DNA of 64,000 nt from Mizuhopecten yessoensis. Its lineage: Eukaryota. The stretch is taken from assembly GCF_002113885.1 (NCBI RefSeq), contig NW_018407219.1, positions 184,302-248,301 of the forward strand, read 5' to 3'. Of the stretch, positions 24,610-38,600 are shown in pieces; within the stretch, counting starts at the first letter, position 1, and the number at the start of each line of letters is the position of its first letter. Position numbers and translations under genes: made by a program. The notes beneath the pieces were generated by a model. The model was given only the letters and a program-made list of their open reading frames with translations, was not told where the DNA came from and did no database searches.

Positions 24610-26445
24610 CGTCCGCTAGAGTTATGTTTAGTGAAGGTCAGTGTCAACTGGAGGTACTAGAGGTATGTTTAGTGAAGGGCAGTGTCCACTAGAGGTATGT
24701 TAAGCGAAGGTCAGTGTCCGCAAGAGGTATGTTTAGTGAAGGTCAACGTCTGCTAGAGGTATGTTAAGTGAAGGTCAGCGTCCACTAGAGGTATGTTTAG
24801 TGAAGGTCAGTGTCCACTAGAGGTATGTTAAGTGAAGGTCAGTGTCCGCAAGAGGTATGTTTAGTGAAGGTCAGCATCCGCTAGAGGTATGTTTAGTGAA
24901 GGTAAGCGTCCGCTAGAGGTATGTTTAGTGAAGGTCAGCGTCCACTAGAGGTATGTTTAGTGGAAGGCAGCATCTGCTAGAGGTATGTTTAGTGAAGTTC
25001 AGCATCCGTTAGAGGTATGTTTAGTGAAGGTCAGCGTCCACTAGAGGTATGTTAAGTGAAGTTCAGCGTCGGCTAGAGGTATGTTTAGTGAAGGTCAGCC
25101 TCCACTAGAGGTATGTTTAGTGAAGGTCAGTGTCCGCTAGAGGTATGTTACGTGAAGGTCAGTGTCCGCTAGAGGTATGTTTAGTGAAGGTCAGCGTCCG
25201 CAAGAGGTATGTTTAGTGAAGGTCAGCATCCGCTAGAGGTATGTTTAGTGAAGGTCAGTCTCCACTAGAGGTATGTTAATTGGAGGTCAGCGTCCGCTAG
25301 AGGTATGTTTAGTGAAGGTCAGTGTCAACTGGAGGTATGTTTAGTGAAGTTCAGTGTCAACTGGAGGTATGTTTAGTGAAGTTCAGTGTCAACTGGAGGT
25401 ATGTTTAGTGAAGGTCAGCGTCCACTAGAGTTATGTTTAGTGGAAGGCAGCATCTGCTAGAGGTATGTTTAGTGAAGTTCAGCATCCGTTAGAGGTATGT
25501 TTAGTGAAGGTCAGCGTCCACTCGAGGTATGTTTAGTGGAAGGCAGTGTCCACTAGAGGTATGTTTAGTGAAGGTCCGCATCCGCTAGAGGTATGTTTAG
25601 TGAAGGTCAGCGTCTGCTAGAGGTATGTTTAGTGAAGTTCAGCATCCGTTAGAGGTATGTTTAGTGAAGGTCAGCGTCCACTAGAGGAATGTTTAGTGGA
25701 AGGCAGCGTCCACTAGAGGTATGTTAAGTGAAGGTCAACGTCCGCTAGAGGTATGTTAAGTGAAGGTCAGTGTCCGCTAGAGGTATGTTTAGTGAAGGTC
25801 AGCATCCACTAGAGGTATGTTAAGTGAAGGTCAGCGTCCGCTAGAGGTATGTTAAGTGAAGTTCAGCGTCGGCTAGAGGTATGTTTAGTGAAGGTCAGCC
25901 TCCGCTAGAGGTATGTTTAGTGAAGGTCAGTCTCCACTAGAGGTATGTTAATTGAAGGTCAGCGTCCGCTAGAGGTATGTTTAGTGAAGGTCAGTCTCCA
26001 CTAGAGGTATGTTAATTGAAGGTCAGCGTCCGCTAGAGGTATGTTTAGTGAAGTTCAGCGTCCACTAGAGGTATGTTAAGTGAAGGTCAGTGTCCACTAG
26101 AGGTATGTTAAGTGAAGGTCAGCGTCTACTAGAGGTATGTTTAGTGAAGGTCAGTCTCCACTAGAGGTATGTTAATTGAAGGTCAGCGTCCGCTAGAGGT
26201 ATGTTTAGTGAAGGTGAGTGTCCACTAGAGGTATGTTAAGTGAAGATCAGCGTCTACTAGAGGTATGTTTAGTGAAGGTCATTCTCCACTAGAGGTATGT
26301 TAATTGAAGGTCAGCGTCCGCTAGAGGTATGTTAAGTGAAGGTCAGTGTCCACTAGAGGTATGTTAATTGAAGGTCAGCGTCCGCTAGAGGTATGTTTAG
26401 TGAAGTTCAGCGTCCACTAGAGGTATGTTTAGTGAAGGTCAGCGT
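24610..26445 (+). repeat. 32-bp minisatellite (CGTCCACTAGAGGTATGTTTAGTGAAGGTCAG), about 57 copies
   Basis: Direct periodicity; lies downstream of the PHF10 stop codon. Confidence 0.97.
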
Positions 26446-27471
26446 TCCCCACTTGATAGATTCCTAAATGGGATTCATTAGTCCTGCCATAAGAGTTTTG
26501 ATAACATACCTGAAGAACAGAAAGTTTCAATAATTATGGTTTCTTGCACATAATGGGTTAAACACCAGTGTAAGAAGTTACACCTCAATAATCAAGATAT
26601 TGGTCTTTTTTACTTTGTGATTGTTTTCCATATTTTTGAGTGTCTGTCAGATGCTTCATATAGGCGATCTACATGTAAATTTGATTATTAAATGTTGTAA
26701 GAAAACTTGTCTTGTACTGTGGTTGTTCTATAGTGTTTTGTCAGTGACAGATATATGATTGTTCTTAAACAGCTGAATTATTGTTCAGTGACAGTGTAGT
26801 TATGTGCAGAAGAATTGGGAATTAAAAATACCCAGCAATATTTAGCACACAAGATCAAAAACTGAATCCAACAGAATTGAGGAAACACCAAAACATCAGG
26901 CATGCCGTCATAAACTCCAACTGCAGAAAACCAAACCAGGTCTTCAAGTCTTAACAACATGTGCCACACAAGGTGTTTTGGTGGACAACTGTATAATACG
27001 TAGCCAACTAGTGTGACATCATTGTAGACACGGAGATCTCATAGCTCAAAATCAAGTCTTGATCAGGATGTATTTCTTCATTGCTGATCGAAACCCTTTC
27101 CATTGAAAGCATGCTGGCTATGCAAGCATAATGCTTATCTTAATACTGAAATCAGAAACTCCATCAGGATAAATGTGTGTTTCTACTAAGGAAGGAAAAT
27201 TAATGATAGTGAAATTTAAACTTTAAGTTGTAACTATTTTTTCATATTGTAGGTAAATGTCCAAACAATTAAGCTGGCTTATGATACAAAGTATGTATCA
27301 AAATTCAAAAAGGTAAAAATAAAGAAAGTTAAATAGAAAATACCAGTCCTTTGAGCCTGTATCTTAGCTGTTACTCAACGATGTTTGGAACTCATCTTAC
27401 ATCGATGACCTTTAGTGGGTCAATGATAATTGTATTTAAACAAACATAATAGCAAGCATCCAAACAGGATA

Positions 27472-29349
27472 AATATCATCTCACTTTATACATATTTGTT
27501 AGATATCACCACACTATATACATATTTGTTAGATATCACTACACTATATACATATAGTTATATATCATCACACTATATACATATTCGTTAGATATCACTA
27601 CACTTTATACATATTTGTTATATATCACTACACTATATACATATTTGGTAGATATCACCACACTTTATACATATTTGTAATATATATCATCATCACACTA
27701 TATATATATTTGTTATATATCACCACACTATATACATATTTGTTAGATATCACCACACTATATGCATATTTGTTAGATATCACTACACTATATACATATT
27801 TGGTAGATATCACCACACTTTATACATATTTGTTATATATCATCACACTATATACATATTTGTTATATATCATCACACTTTATACATATTTGTTAGATAT
27901 CATCATCACACTATATACATATTTGTTATATATCACCACACTATATACATATTTGTTAGATATCACCACACTATATACATATTTGTTAGATATCACTACA
28001 CTATATACATATTTGGTAGATATCACCACACTTTATACATATTTGTTATATATCATCACACTATATACATATTTGTTATATATCATCACACTATATACAT
28101 ATTTGTTATATATCATCACACTATATACATATTTGTTATATATCATCACACTATATACATATTTGTTAGATATCATCACACTATATACATATTTGTTATA
28201 TATCATCACACTTTATACATATTTGTTATATATCATCACACTATATACATATTTGTTATATATCATCACACTACATGTATATACATATTTGTAAGATATC
28301 ATCACACTATATACATATTTGTTATATATCATCACACTATATACATATTTTTTATATATCATCACACTATATACATATTTGTTATATATCATCACGCTAT
28401 ATACATATTTGGTAGATATCACCACACTATATACATATTTGTTATATATCATCACGCTATATACATATTTGGTAGATATCACCACACTATATACATATTT
28501 GTTATATATCATCACACTATATACATATTTGTTATATATATCACCACACTATATACATATTTGGTAGATATCACCACACTATATACATATTTGTTATATA
28601 TCACCACACTATATACATATTTGTTATATATCATGACACTATATACATATTTGTTAAGATATAAGCACACTATATACATATTTGTTAGATATCACCACAC
28701 TATATACATATTTGTTAAATATCATCACACTAGATACATATGTGTTAGATATCACCACACTATATACATATTTGTAAGATATCACCACACTATATACATA
28801 TTTGTTATATATCATCACACTAGATACATATTTGTTAGATATCACCACACTATATACATATTTGTAAGATATCATCACACTATATACATATTTGTTAGAT
28901 ATCATCACACTATATACATATTTGTTAGATATCACCACACTATATACATATTGGTTAGATATCATCACCACACTATGAACATATTTGTTAGATATCCTCA
29001 CACTATATACATATTTGTTAGATATCACCACACTATATACATATTTGTTATATATCACCACACTATATACATATTTGTTATATATCATGACACTATATAC
29101 ATATTTGTTATATATCACCACACTATATAAATATTTGTTATATATCATCACACTAGATACATATTTGTTAGATATCATCACACTATATGCATATTTGTTA
29201 GATATCACCATACTATATACATATTTGGTAGATATCACCACACTATATACATATTTGTTATATATCACCACACTATATACATATTTGTTATATATCATCA
29301 CACTAGATACAAATTTGTTAGATATCACCACACTATATACATATTTGTT
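27472..29349. repeat. 30-bp AT-rich minisatellite (ATATCACCACACTATATACATATTTGTTAG), about 62 copies
   Basis: Direct periodicity. Confidence 0.97.
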
Positions 29350-29621
29350 CAGAGGTTGACGTTTAAAGGTTTTAACACATTTAACCTTTTTGGCCCTCAT
29401 AGTGGATTGAGGTAATTAATGTGAACACCTTTAGAACTTCATCCCTGGGTGCTTCCGAGTAATTATTATCAACCTAGGCATTTTGGCTACTCAGAGGCAA
29501 ACTTTGTTAAATGTCTTAAACCAATTGCAAAATGCATTAACGTGTCTGTAAATAAGGATATTGAGTGGAAATCATATTCTGATATTACATAATGACATGA
29601 TAAAAGAAAAATAAAGCTTAC

Positions 29622-32252
29622 CTTTCCATTGAAAACAAGTTGATTCCAATGATAGGTGGCTTGTGACTCAGTTGATCTGATCCAACTTGTCCCCGGGCCG
29701 CTTACCGTCAAGGTCATGAACCTTTGGTACCGAACGCTAGCAGTGGCACCGTCCACTCCAGAGATAGGCTACAGTGGGTGAAAAAAGACAATGGATACTG
29801 ACCAGCATGGACACAGGAGGACCATGCAATGCAGCCATGGCACTTGTCACCTCTGTACTACCAGAACTTTGGCCGAAACTATCAACTTTACTATCATGAA
29901 AAAAACTTCAACAATTCAAAACTACACTAAGGAAAAACAGCTTTGGTATTAGAACTGTAAAAATGTGGAACGGTCTTCCCGAGGACGTTGTATCGGCACC
30001 TAATATAAACACTTTCAAGAATAGACTGGACAAAATATGGAAAAATCAGGAAATACTTTATAATTATAAGGCAACCATAGATGGAAGTGAACTCTAATAT
30101 TTAAACATGAGAACATATTACATGTATAATAGAGTCCGGTGTAGAGGAACATATTGTTCCTGTACTGGAAAATAACTATAACTATAACTATAAACGAGAA
30201 GGGACTAGTTTATGGACTTGTAGACTATATTCTCTACTTAAAAGAAAGAACAACAAGACAAAGGACCAGATAGAAAGTGCTTAAAAGTAAATACCACTGG
30301 GACCACAAGGTGCAGACCAGAAGCTGTATATCTGGTACAACACCGTCAGAAGACCTGGGTGACGTCATAACGAGCAAATAGCAGCAACACATCACGTTAA
30401 AATGTCACCGGTGGCCTCACAAAGAACAGCAGAATGAAGACCAACAATAGATGCCTACTAAAGGTACAGCCTACATCCATCCAAGACCTTTGACAGTTAT
30501 CCAGATGGTGGAGGCGGGTGGAGACGGAATGACTTCGATGACATCCTGTCCAAACTGGCATTATCGTTAAAATTGACGGCGACATTTACTTATATAAGAA
30601 GAAGATACAACCGCCGCCGATAAAATGCCCCGCTAGGAGAAGACTGACTCGGCGAAACCTGCGTCAAAGACATCAATGAAAGTCAATAATACGATATAGG
30701 ACATCACCTTTTCGATGATGACATTCTCAATGTCTGACATCGGGCAGTATTATATTGGATTACTAGGAGTCTTCCTGCTTGTAATACATTTTCTTTCTTC
30801 AACTATTTTTCCTGCTTTCACAAGTGTTTCATTTGTTTTGAAAGACCGTTTTTCTAGATAAGTGTGACTACCTTTTCATTCTTTTAATGTTATTTGATCG
30901 AAATTCACATTCCTGATAAATCTTCTCGTGTCTCTAACCCCTTTAATGCATTAAGTTATTCCGACAGGTACACAATACACCAACAAGGTACACAATACAC
31001 CAACAAGGTACACAACACACCAACAACGTACACAATACACCAACAAGGTACACAATACACCAACAAGGTACACACTACACCAACAAGGTACACACTACAC
31101 CAGCAAGGTACACAATACACCAGCAAGGTACACAATACACCAACAAGGGACACATTACACCAACAAGGCACACAATACCCCAACAAGGCACACAATACAC
31201 CAGCAAGGTACACAATACGCCAGCCAGGTACACAATACACCAACGCCAACAAGGTACACAATACTCCAGCAAGGTACACAATACGCCAGCAAGGTACACA
31301 ATACGCCAGCCAGGTACACAATACACCAACGCCAACAAGGTACACAATACCCCAACAACGCACACAATACTCCAACAAGGTACACAATACCCCAACACCA
31401 ACAAGGTACACATTACACCAACAAGGCACACAATACCCCAACAAGGCACACAATACACCAACAAGGTACACAATACACCAACACCAACAAGGTACACAAT
31501 ACACCAACAACGCACATAATACACCAACAAGGTACACAATACACCAACAAGGTACACAATACCCCAACAAGGCACACAGTACACTAACAAGGTACACAAT
31601 ACACCAACAAGGTACACGATACACCAACAAGGCACACAATACACCAACAAGGCACACAATACACCAACAAGGTACACACTACACTTACAAGGTACACAAT
31701 ACACCAACAAGGTACACAATACACCAACAAGGCACACAGTACACTAACAAGGTACACAATACACCAACAAGGCACACAATACACCAACAAGGCACACAAT
31801 ACACCAACAAGGTACACAATACACCAACAAGGTACACAATACACCAACAAGGTACACAATACACCAGCAAGGTTTGTAGTCGCTGTTGGGCATACTCTAT
31901 TGTCAGTATTAACATTGGTGTTTGGTGAACGGTCACTAAATTATTACTGCCAATTCAATTACATCTGGCATACTTTACAAAGCGGTATTAATATCTGTGT
32001 TAGAGCAATGCTTAATTCACTTAATATGCTTCACTTCAGATGTATTAGAAGTGATTAGAATATATGAGTGTGTTTAAAAGAAAGAGTGAAAACCTGGAGT
32101 TAAATCCTAATGTTGGATTAAGAAAATCACATTTATCAGTACTAATAGTCAATCGGTATGTCCCAGCCAGAATGGCTGGGCTGTGTTATATCCTCTTACT
32201 TGACCCATACAGGAGTTGTTCTTGTTTATAGACATCAAACTCGGCTTACATT
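29622..32252 (-). CDS. Putative exons of an unidentified minus-strand gene: 32252-32200 and 29768-29622
   Basis: Both have pyrimidine-rich AG acceptors (ttttcctgtttgacag; tcttttttcacccactgtag) and GTAAG donors. Each is open in only one frame and the frames join: xCKPSLMSINKNNSCMGQ|PISGVDGATASVRYQRFMTLTVSGPGTSWIRSTESQATYHWNQLVFNGK. No family recognised. Confidence 0.4.
30962..31872. repeat. 20-bp minisatellite (AACAAGGTACACAATACACC), about 44 copies
   Basis: Direct periodicity. Confidence 0.97.
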
Positions 32253-32617
32253 CTGTCAAACAGGAAAACAGAGATATTCTTCATTCTAAAAATTAGAGAC
32301 AGTTACTTCATTTCCATACCATGACCAAATGACAAAAGTACAGAACTTTAACGAATCATTTCTTTCGACTTTAATTAAATCTGTCATAAATGCTTTTACA
32401 AATTCAAAACTCAGAAGAGCGAAAAACAAGAGTCCAGCTTTGCGTGTTGTCAGGTTCAGAAGTTTGATGAATTATTAGGGCGTTACTATCGACACGACAT
32501 TCTCAGGTGTTTTGCCTTCAGTAGAACAGTGATCGTTAAAATAATGAGAACGTTATTATATCAATTTTCTGATGTCCTGTTTTTGCATTCATATATCAAA
32601 TTCTTAAATGTGATACA

Positions 32618-32960
32618 TTAGCTCAACTGATACGAAATACCAGGGTGAACTTATGTGGTGATGCTTCGTCCGTCGTCTGTCATCTGCCGTCTGTCGTCCA
32701 CATCTTGTAGTAGACTACATCAACTAAACTACGGAAGATATTCAAACCAACTTCTGGCGGCCATATGGATAAAAAGTTGAACAATCAAAGGGACTAACCT
32801 TCATAAGGGCTGAGGGGTTGGGTCAAACGGGGTCAGATAAGCCTGTTATGAATAAATCTTCTCCCATGCTAATAGGAAGATTTCATCAAAACGAAGTGGT
32901 AAAATGTTTCCCGGATGGGGATCAAAAGTTATTGTAATAGAGAAGTTAAAAACCGATGTA
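32618..32960 (+). mobile_element. Degenerate 5' portion of a Helentron-like element
   Basis: TTAGCTCAACTG..CAGGGTGAACTT, a CGTC microsatellite, and GGGCTGAGGGGTTGGGTCAAA resembling the element B internal unit at about 18294. Confidence 0.55.
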
Positions 32961-32984
32961 CCGGATACCAGTGGTATCTTAGGA

Positions 32985-35887
32985 GCCCCTTCGATACCAC
33001 TGGTGTACTCTACACCAGGAACCCCTCTAATACCACTGCTGAACTCTACACCAGGAACCCTTCTGATACCGCTGGGGTACTCTACATCAGGAACCCCCTC
33101 TGATACCGCTGGGGTACTCTACACCAGGAACCCCTCTAATACCACTAATGTACTCTACACAAGGAACCCCTCTAATACCACTGGTGTACTCTACACCAGG
33201 AACCCCTCTAATACCACTGGTGTACTCTACACCACGAACCCCTCTAATACCACTGGTGTACTCTACACCAGGAACCCCTCTAATACCACTAGTGTACTCT
33301 ACACCAGGAACCCCTCTAATACCACTGGTGTACTCTACACCAGGAACCCTTCTGATACCGCTGGTGTACTCTACATCAGGAACCCCCTCTGATACCGCTG
33401 GTGTACTCTACACCAGGAACCCCTCTAATACTACTGGTGTACTCTACACCAGGAACCCCTCTAATACCGCTGGTGTACTCTACACCAGGAACCCTTCTGA
33501 TACCGCTGGTGTACTCTACACCAGGAACCACCTCTGTTACCACTGGTGTACTCTACACCAGGAACCCCTCTAATACTACTGGTGTACTCTACGCCAGGAA
33601 CCCCCTCTGTTACCACTTGTGTACTCTACACCATGAACCCCTCTGATACACCAGTGGTATCCGAGGGGTTCCTGGGGTAGAGTACACCAGCGGAATCAGA
33701 AGGGTTCCTGGGGTAGAGTACACCAGCGTTATCAGAAGGGTTCCTGGGGTAGAGTACACCAGCGGAATCAGAGGGGTTCCTAGTTTAGAGTGCACCAGTG
33801 GTAACAGGTGGGTTTCTAGTGTAGAGTACATCAGTGGTATTAGAGGGGTTTCTGGTGTAGAGTAAACCAGCGGTATAAGAGGGGTTCATGGTGTAGAGTA
33901 CACCCGTGGTATTAGAGGGGGTCCTGGTGGAGAGGACACCAGCGGTATTAGAGGGGGTCCTGGTGTAGAGTAAACCAGCGGTATAAGAGGGGTTCATGGT
34001 GTAGAGTACACACGTGGTATCAGAGGGGGTTCCTGATGTAGAGTACACCAGTTGTAACAGAGGGATTCCTAGTGAAGAGTACACCAGCGGCATAAGAGGG
34101 GTTCACGGTGTAGCGTACAACAGCGGCAACAGAGGGGTTCCTCGTGTAGAGTACACCAGAGGTAACACGGGGGTTCCTGGTGTACTCTACAATAGGAATC
34201 CCTCTGTTCCCACTGGTGTCCTCTACACCAGGAACATATACATATTTGTTAAGATATAAGCACACTATATACATATTTGGTATATATCACCACACTATAT
34301 AAATATTTGTTATGTATCTAGTGTGATGATATATAACAAATATGTATAGTACACCAGTGGTAGTAGAGGGGTTCCTGGGGTAGAGTACACCAGTGGGATT
34401 AGAGGGGTTCCTGGCGTAGAGTACACCAGTGGTACCAGAGGTGGTTCCTGGCGTAGAGTACACCAGCGGAATCAGAGGGGTTCCTGGTGTACTCTACACC
34501 AGGAACCCCTCTGATACCACTGGTGTACTTTACAATAGGAATCCCTCTGTTACCACTGGTGTACTCTACACCAGGAACCCCTTTGATACCGCTGGTGTAC
34601 TCTACACCAGGAACCCCTCTGATACCGCTGGTGTACTCTTCACTAGGTGTTACCACTGGTGTACTCTGCACTAGGTACCCAGGAACCCCTCGGATACCGC
34701 TGGTGTACTCTACACTAGGAACCCCTCTGTTACCACTGGTGTACTCTGCACTAGGTACCCCTCTGATACCACTGGTGTACTCTACACCAGGAACCCCTTT
34801 GATATCGCTGGTGTACTCTACACCAGGAACCCCTCCGATACCACTGGTGTACTCTACACCAGGAACCCCTCTGATACCACTTGTGTACTCTACACTAGGA
34901 ACCCCCCTGTTACCACTGGTGTACTCTACGCCAGGAACCCCTCTGTTACCACTGGGGTACTCAACACCAGGAACCCCTCTTATACCGCTGGTGTACTCTA
35001 CACCAGGAACTCCTCTGATACCACTGGTGTACTCTACACCACGAACCCCTCTAATACCACTGGTGTACTCTACACTAGGACCCCCTCTGATCCCGCTGGT
35101 GTACTCTACACCAGGAACCACCTCTGTTCCCACTGGTGTACTCTACACTAGGACCCCCTCTGATCCCGCTGGTGTACTCTACACCAGGAACCACCTCTGT
35201 TCCCACTGGTGTACTCTACACTAGGACCCCCTCTGATCCCGCTGGTGTACTCTACACCAGGAACCACCTCTGTTCCCACTGGTGTACTCTACACTAGGAA
35301 CCCCCCTGTTACCACTGGTGTACTCTACCCCAGGAACCCCTCTGATACCACTTGTGTACTCTACACTAGGAACCCCCCTGTTACCACTGGTGTACTCTAC
35401 CCCAGGAACCCCTCTGTTACCACTTGTGTACTCTACACCAGGAACCCCTTTGATTCTGCTGGTGTACTCTACACCAGGAACTCCTCTGATACCACTGGTG
35501 TACTCTACCCCAGGAACCCCTCTGATACCACTGTTGTACTCTACACTAGGAATCCCTCCGTTACCACTGGTGTACTCAACACCAGGAATCCCTCTGATAC
35601 CACTGATGCCAAATACCCCTCTGATGCAGTTCAAATTCTTTATTAACTTTTAGTCATGTTTGGATTACTCTGTTACCACTGGTGTACTCTACCCCAGGAA
35701 CCCCTCTGATACCACTGGTGTCTTCTAGACCAGGAACCCCTCTGTTACCACTGGTGTACTCTACACTAGGAATCCCTCTGTTACCACTGGTGTACTCAAC
35801 ACCAGGAACCCCTCTGATACCACTGATGCCAAATACCCCTCTGATGCAGTTCAAATTCTTTATTAACTTTTAGTCATGTTTGGATTA
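32985..35887. repeat. 36-bp minisatellite (ACCACTGGTGTACTCTACACCAGGAACCCCTCTGAT) with internal inversions
   Basis: Forward to about 33648, inverted about 33649-34175, forward to 34235, foreign insert 34236-34350, inverted to about 34485, forward to about 35825. Confidence 0.95.
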
Positions 35888-37769
35888 TCAGTTTCTAGTC
35901 AATCTCAATGTCATTGTTTGTTACCTGTGTGTTAAACTGTTTCAGGACGAATATTTGTGTGTGTCATGCGTTTTAAATTTTGAATACAAGTAAAGAAATA
36001 TCGATGTTGAACTGTGTAGTACATTAGTACCTTAACTAAGTAAGTATTTAATGCTTAGATCGTTATGTGATCATGGCGTTAGATGGTGGTTTGATAGCGC
36101 CAGTAAGCCGTTAACGAGCGTAAATAACACTTTTAAATTTCACGCTCACAACCCAGAAATAATACACAATCTTTGTGAAATGATCGGAGATTAGCCATTT
36201 ATAGTATGTTAAAGGTACATTTCGTGGTCAGTTGGTATTCTGAATAGTAAAGACATTTATCCTTTAATGATAATTTCTAAATGAGGTTGATATTTTCCTT
36301 GATTCAATTACAACTTATATATAAATACATTGATCGATTTTCACACTTGACTAAATCACGAAAGGTTTAACTATTTGAATTGTAATTGATTAGGAAAAGT
36401 GGCGAGAACAATTGATCACATGTCCGACTAGTGTTGAGACAAACCCGACAAGTTAAAAATCGCTTGCACTCATAGATATACTGTTGGGAGGGTTTAAAAA
36501 TTGATTTTGTTTTTTTGTTACTCCAGTTCGTTGCCTGAAAATGTATCACCTAAAATTTGCGCGAAGTAATACAAAATTTTCCCATCACGGTCTCGTATTT
36601 TAACTTTTTGAATTGTTCAGATACAAATAAAAACATATGATCGATACAGACCCTATGGACTACTTGTTGTGTCTAATAAAACGCTTCATTATGTAAAACA
36701 CAATCATGCTCCCGGTGTCATCTTGGGAGAAAGCAATGGTTTTATCTATCTCTGATCGGAGCATGACGATCCCTGTTCAGTATATCTAAGTCCATGTAAC
36801 AATTACAACTGATGCTTTTAATAAAAACACGTTTTCTACAACCAACAGTACGGTATGAAATGGCTGGAGGGTCAAAGAAAATTCCTCGGTGCATGAATGC
36901 CAACACACAACTTTAAGCAAGCTTCTGCGTGGTACTATCACACGGTAGCTGGTGCAGACGGCACTTTGATATCTTGCGGTGTTTGTGGTGGAATCAGAGG
37001 ACAGGCGATAGGTCTGTCCACCTCGCTCAAAGACCCATACAGACCTCTTAACGACGAGCACCACACTCCGATATACACCAGATATGGGAATTAGTTTTAA
37101 TACGTTTATCTGTAAACAAGCAACATCAGAACGATACTGAGCCGGTTATAATCGGGCCGATAAATACCAATCAACAAGTTAGCAAAAGTTCGATATTGAG
37201 GATAGGGCAATAGTTCTGATGAGCCCCGCCCAGCCCCGTTTGTATTGGGCCGTAAGCCCTGCTACCTTTCTCTTACGATAACATGCGCACCGTTACCGGA
37301 GTAAAAATATGAATTTTTGAACATGCCAAACTACCGAAATTGCATATAAAGGTACAAAATATGTGCGGATCTAAAATTTCTCAACCAAAAATTTTGCATT
37401 TCCCCCGCAAACATGGTATTTCTTGTTGTTTCTTCAGCAGAGATATATTAGCGGAAACGTTACTAATACATACCACTTATATAAGGTCTCCGTCTACAGG
37501 AATATAAACAATTTGATATCTAAAAACGAAAACAATAATGCGCAAAAGTATTCACGTAAAATAAGTAATATGCATGTAACTTAGAACTGAGAATTAGCAG
37601 CTTATTACACGTGAAATCGTTATGTAAAATGACGATATTAAAGACTTACATTTTTTATCGGGAACCACTGATAGACTATAACGTGTCCCTAACAGAATTC
37701 CACAACTTAACACCATTTTCAGAAAAAATGCCAAGATGTTTGCCGAAGAACGGCAAAGCTTACGGACGA

Positions 37770-38600
37770 TGGCAAATGACAACAGTCTACAGGCACATTT
37801 GTAAATGACAATTAAGGTTTAGAGGCATTGGTAAATGCAGTTGTATGCGTACATTATTACACGTATTAAATGATACCATACAGGCGCTAGAAAATGACAA
37901 CCGTCGTGAGACGTTGGTAAATGACAACGGTCTACAACCTTTGTAAATGCCAACGGTCTACAACCTTCGTAAATGACAACGGTCTACAACCTTTGTAAAT
38001 GACAACGGTCTACAACCTTTGTAAATGACAACAGTCTACAACCTTTGTAAATGACAACGGTCTACAACACATGTAAATGACAACGGTCTACAACCTTTGT
38101 AAATGACAACGGTCCACAACCTTTGTAAATGACAACGGTCTACAACACATGTAAATGAAAACGGTCTACAACCTTTATAAATGACAACAGTCTACAACCT
38201 TTGTAAATGCCAACGGTCTACAACACTTGTAAATGGCAACGGTCTACAACCTTTGTAAATGACAACGGTCCACAACCTTTGTAAATGACAACGGTCTACA
38301 ACCTTCGTAAATGACAACAGTCTACAACCTTTGTAAATAACAACGGTCTACAACACATGTAAATGACAACGGTCTACAACCTTCGTAAATGACAACGGTC
38401 TACAACCTTTGTAAATGACAACAGTCTACAAACTTTGTAAATGGCAACGGTCTACAACGCTTATAAATGACAACGGTCTACAACCTTTGTAAATGACAAC
38501 GGTCTGTAACACTTGTAAATGACAACGGTCTACAACATTTGTGAATGACAATGTACACAGGCGTTAGTAAATGACAACGACTATAGTCATTGGTAAATGA
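37770..38600. repeat. 26-bp minisatellite (GTAAATGACAACGGTCTACAACCTTT), core 37916-38550
   Basis: Direct periodicity with degenerate edges. Confidence 0.95.

Noticed and set aside
27710-35873. Repetitive ORFs up to 344 aa ([27 protein letters not shown])
   Set aside because: Stop-free frames of minisatellites, open on both strands and in several frames; the same applies to 21312-22463 and 41758-42761.
36786-37110. Minus-strand ORF as upstream exon of the cryptic gene
   Set aside because: Only a weak donor (ACC|GTACTG) and no recognisable homology.
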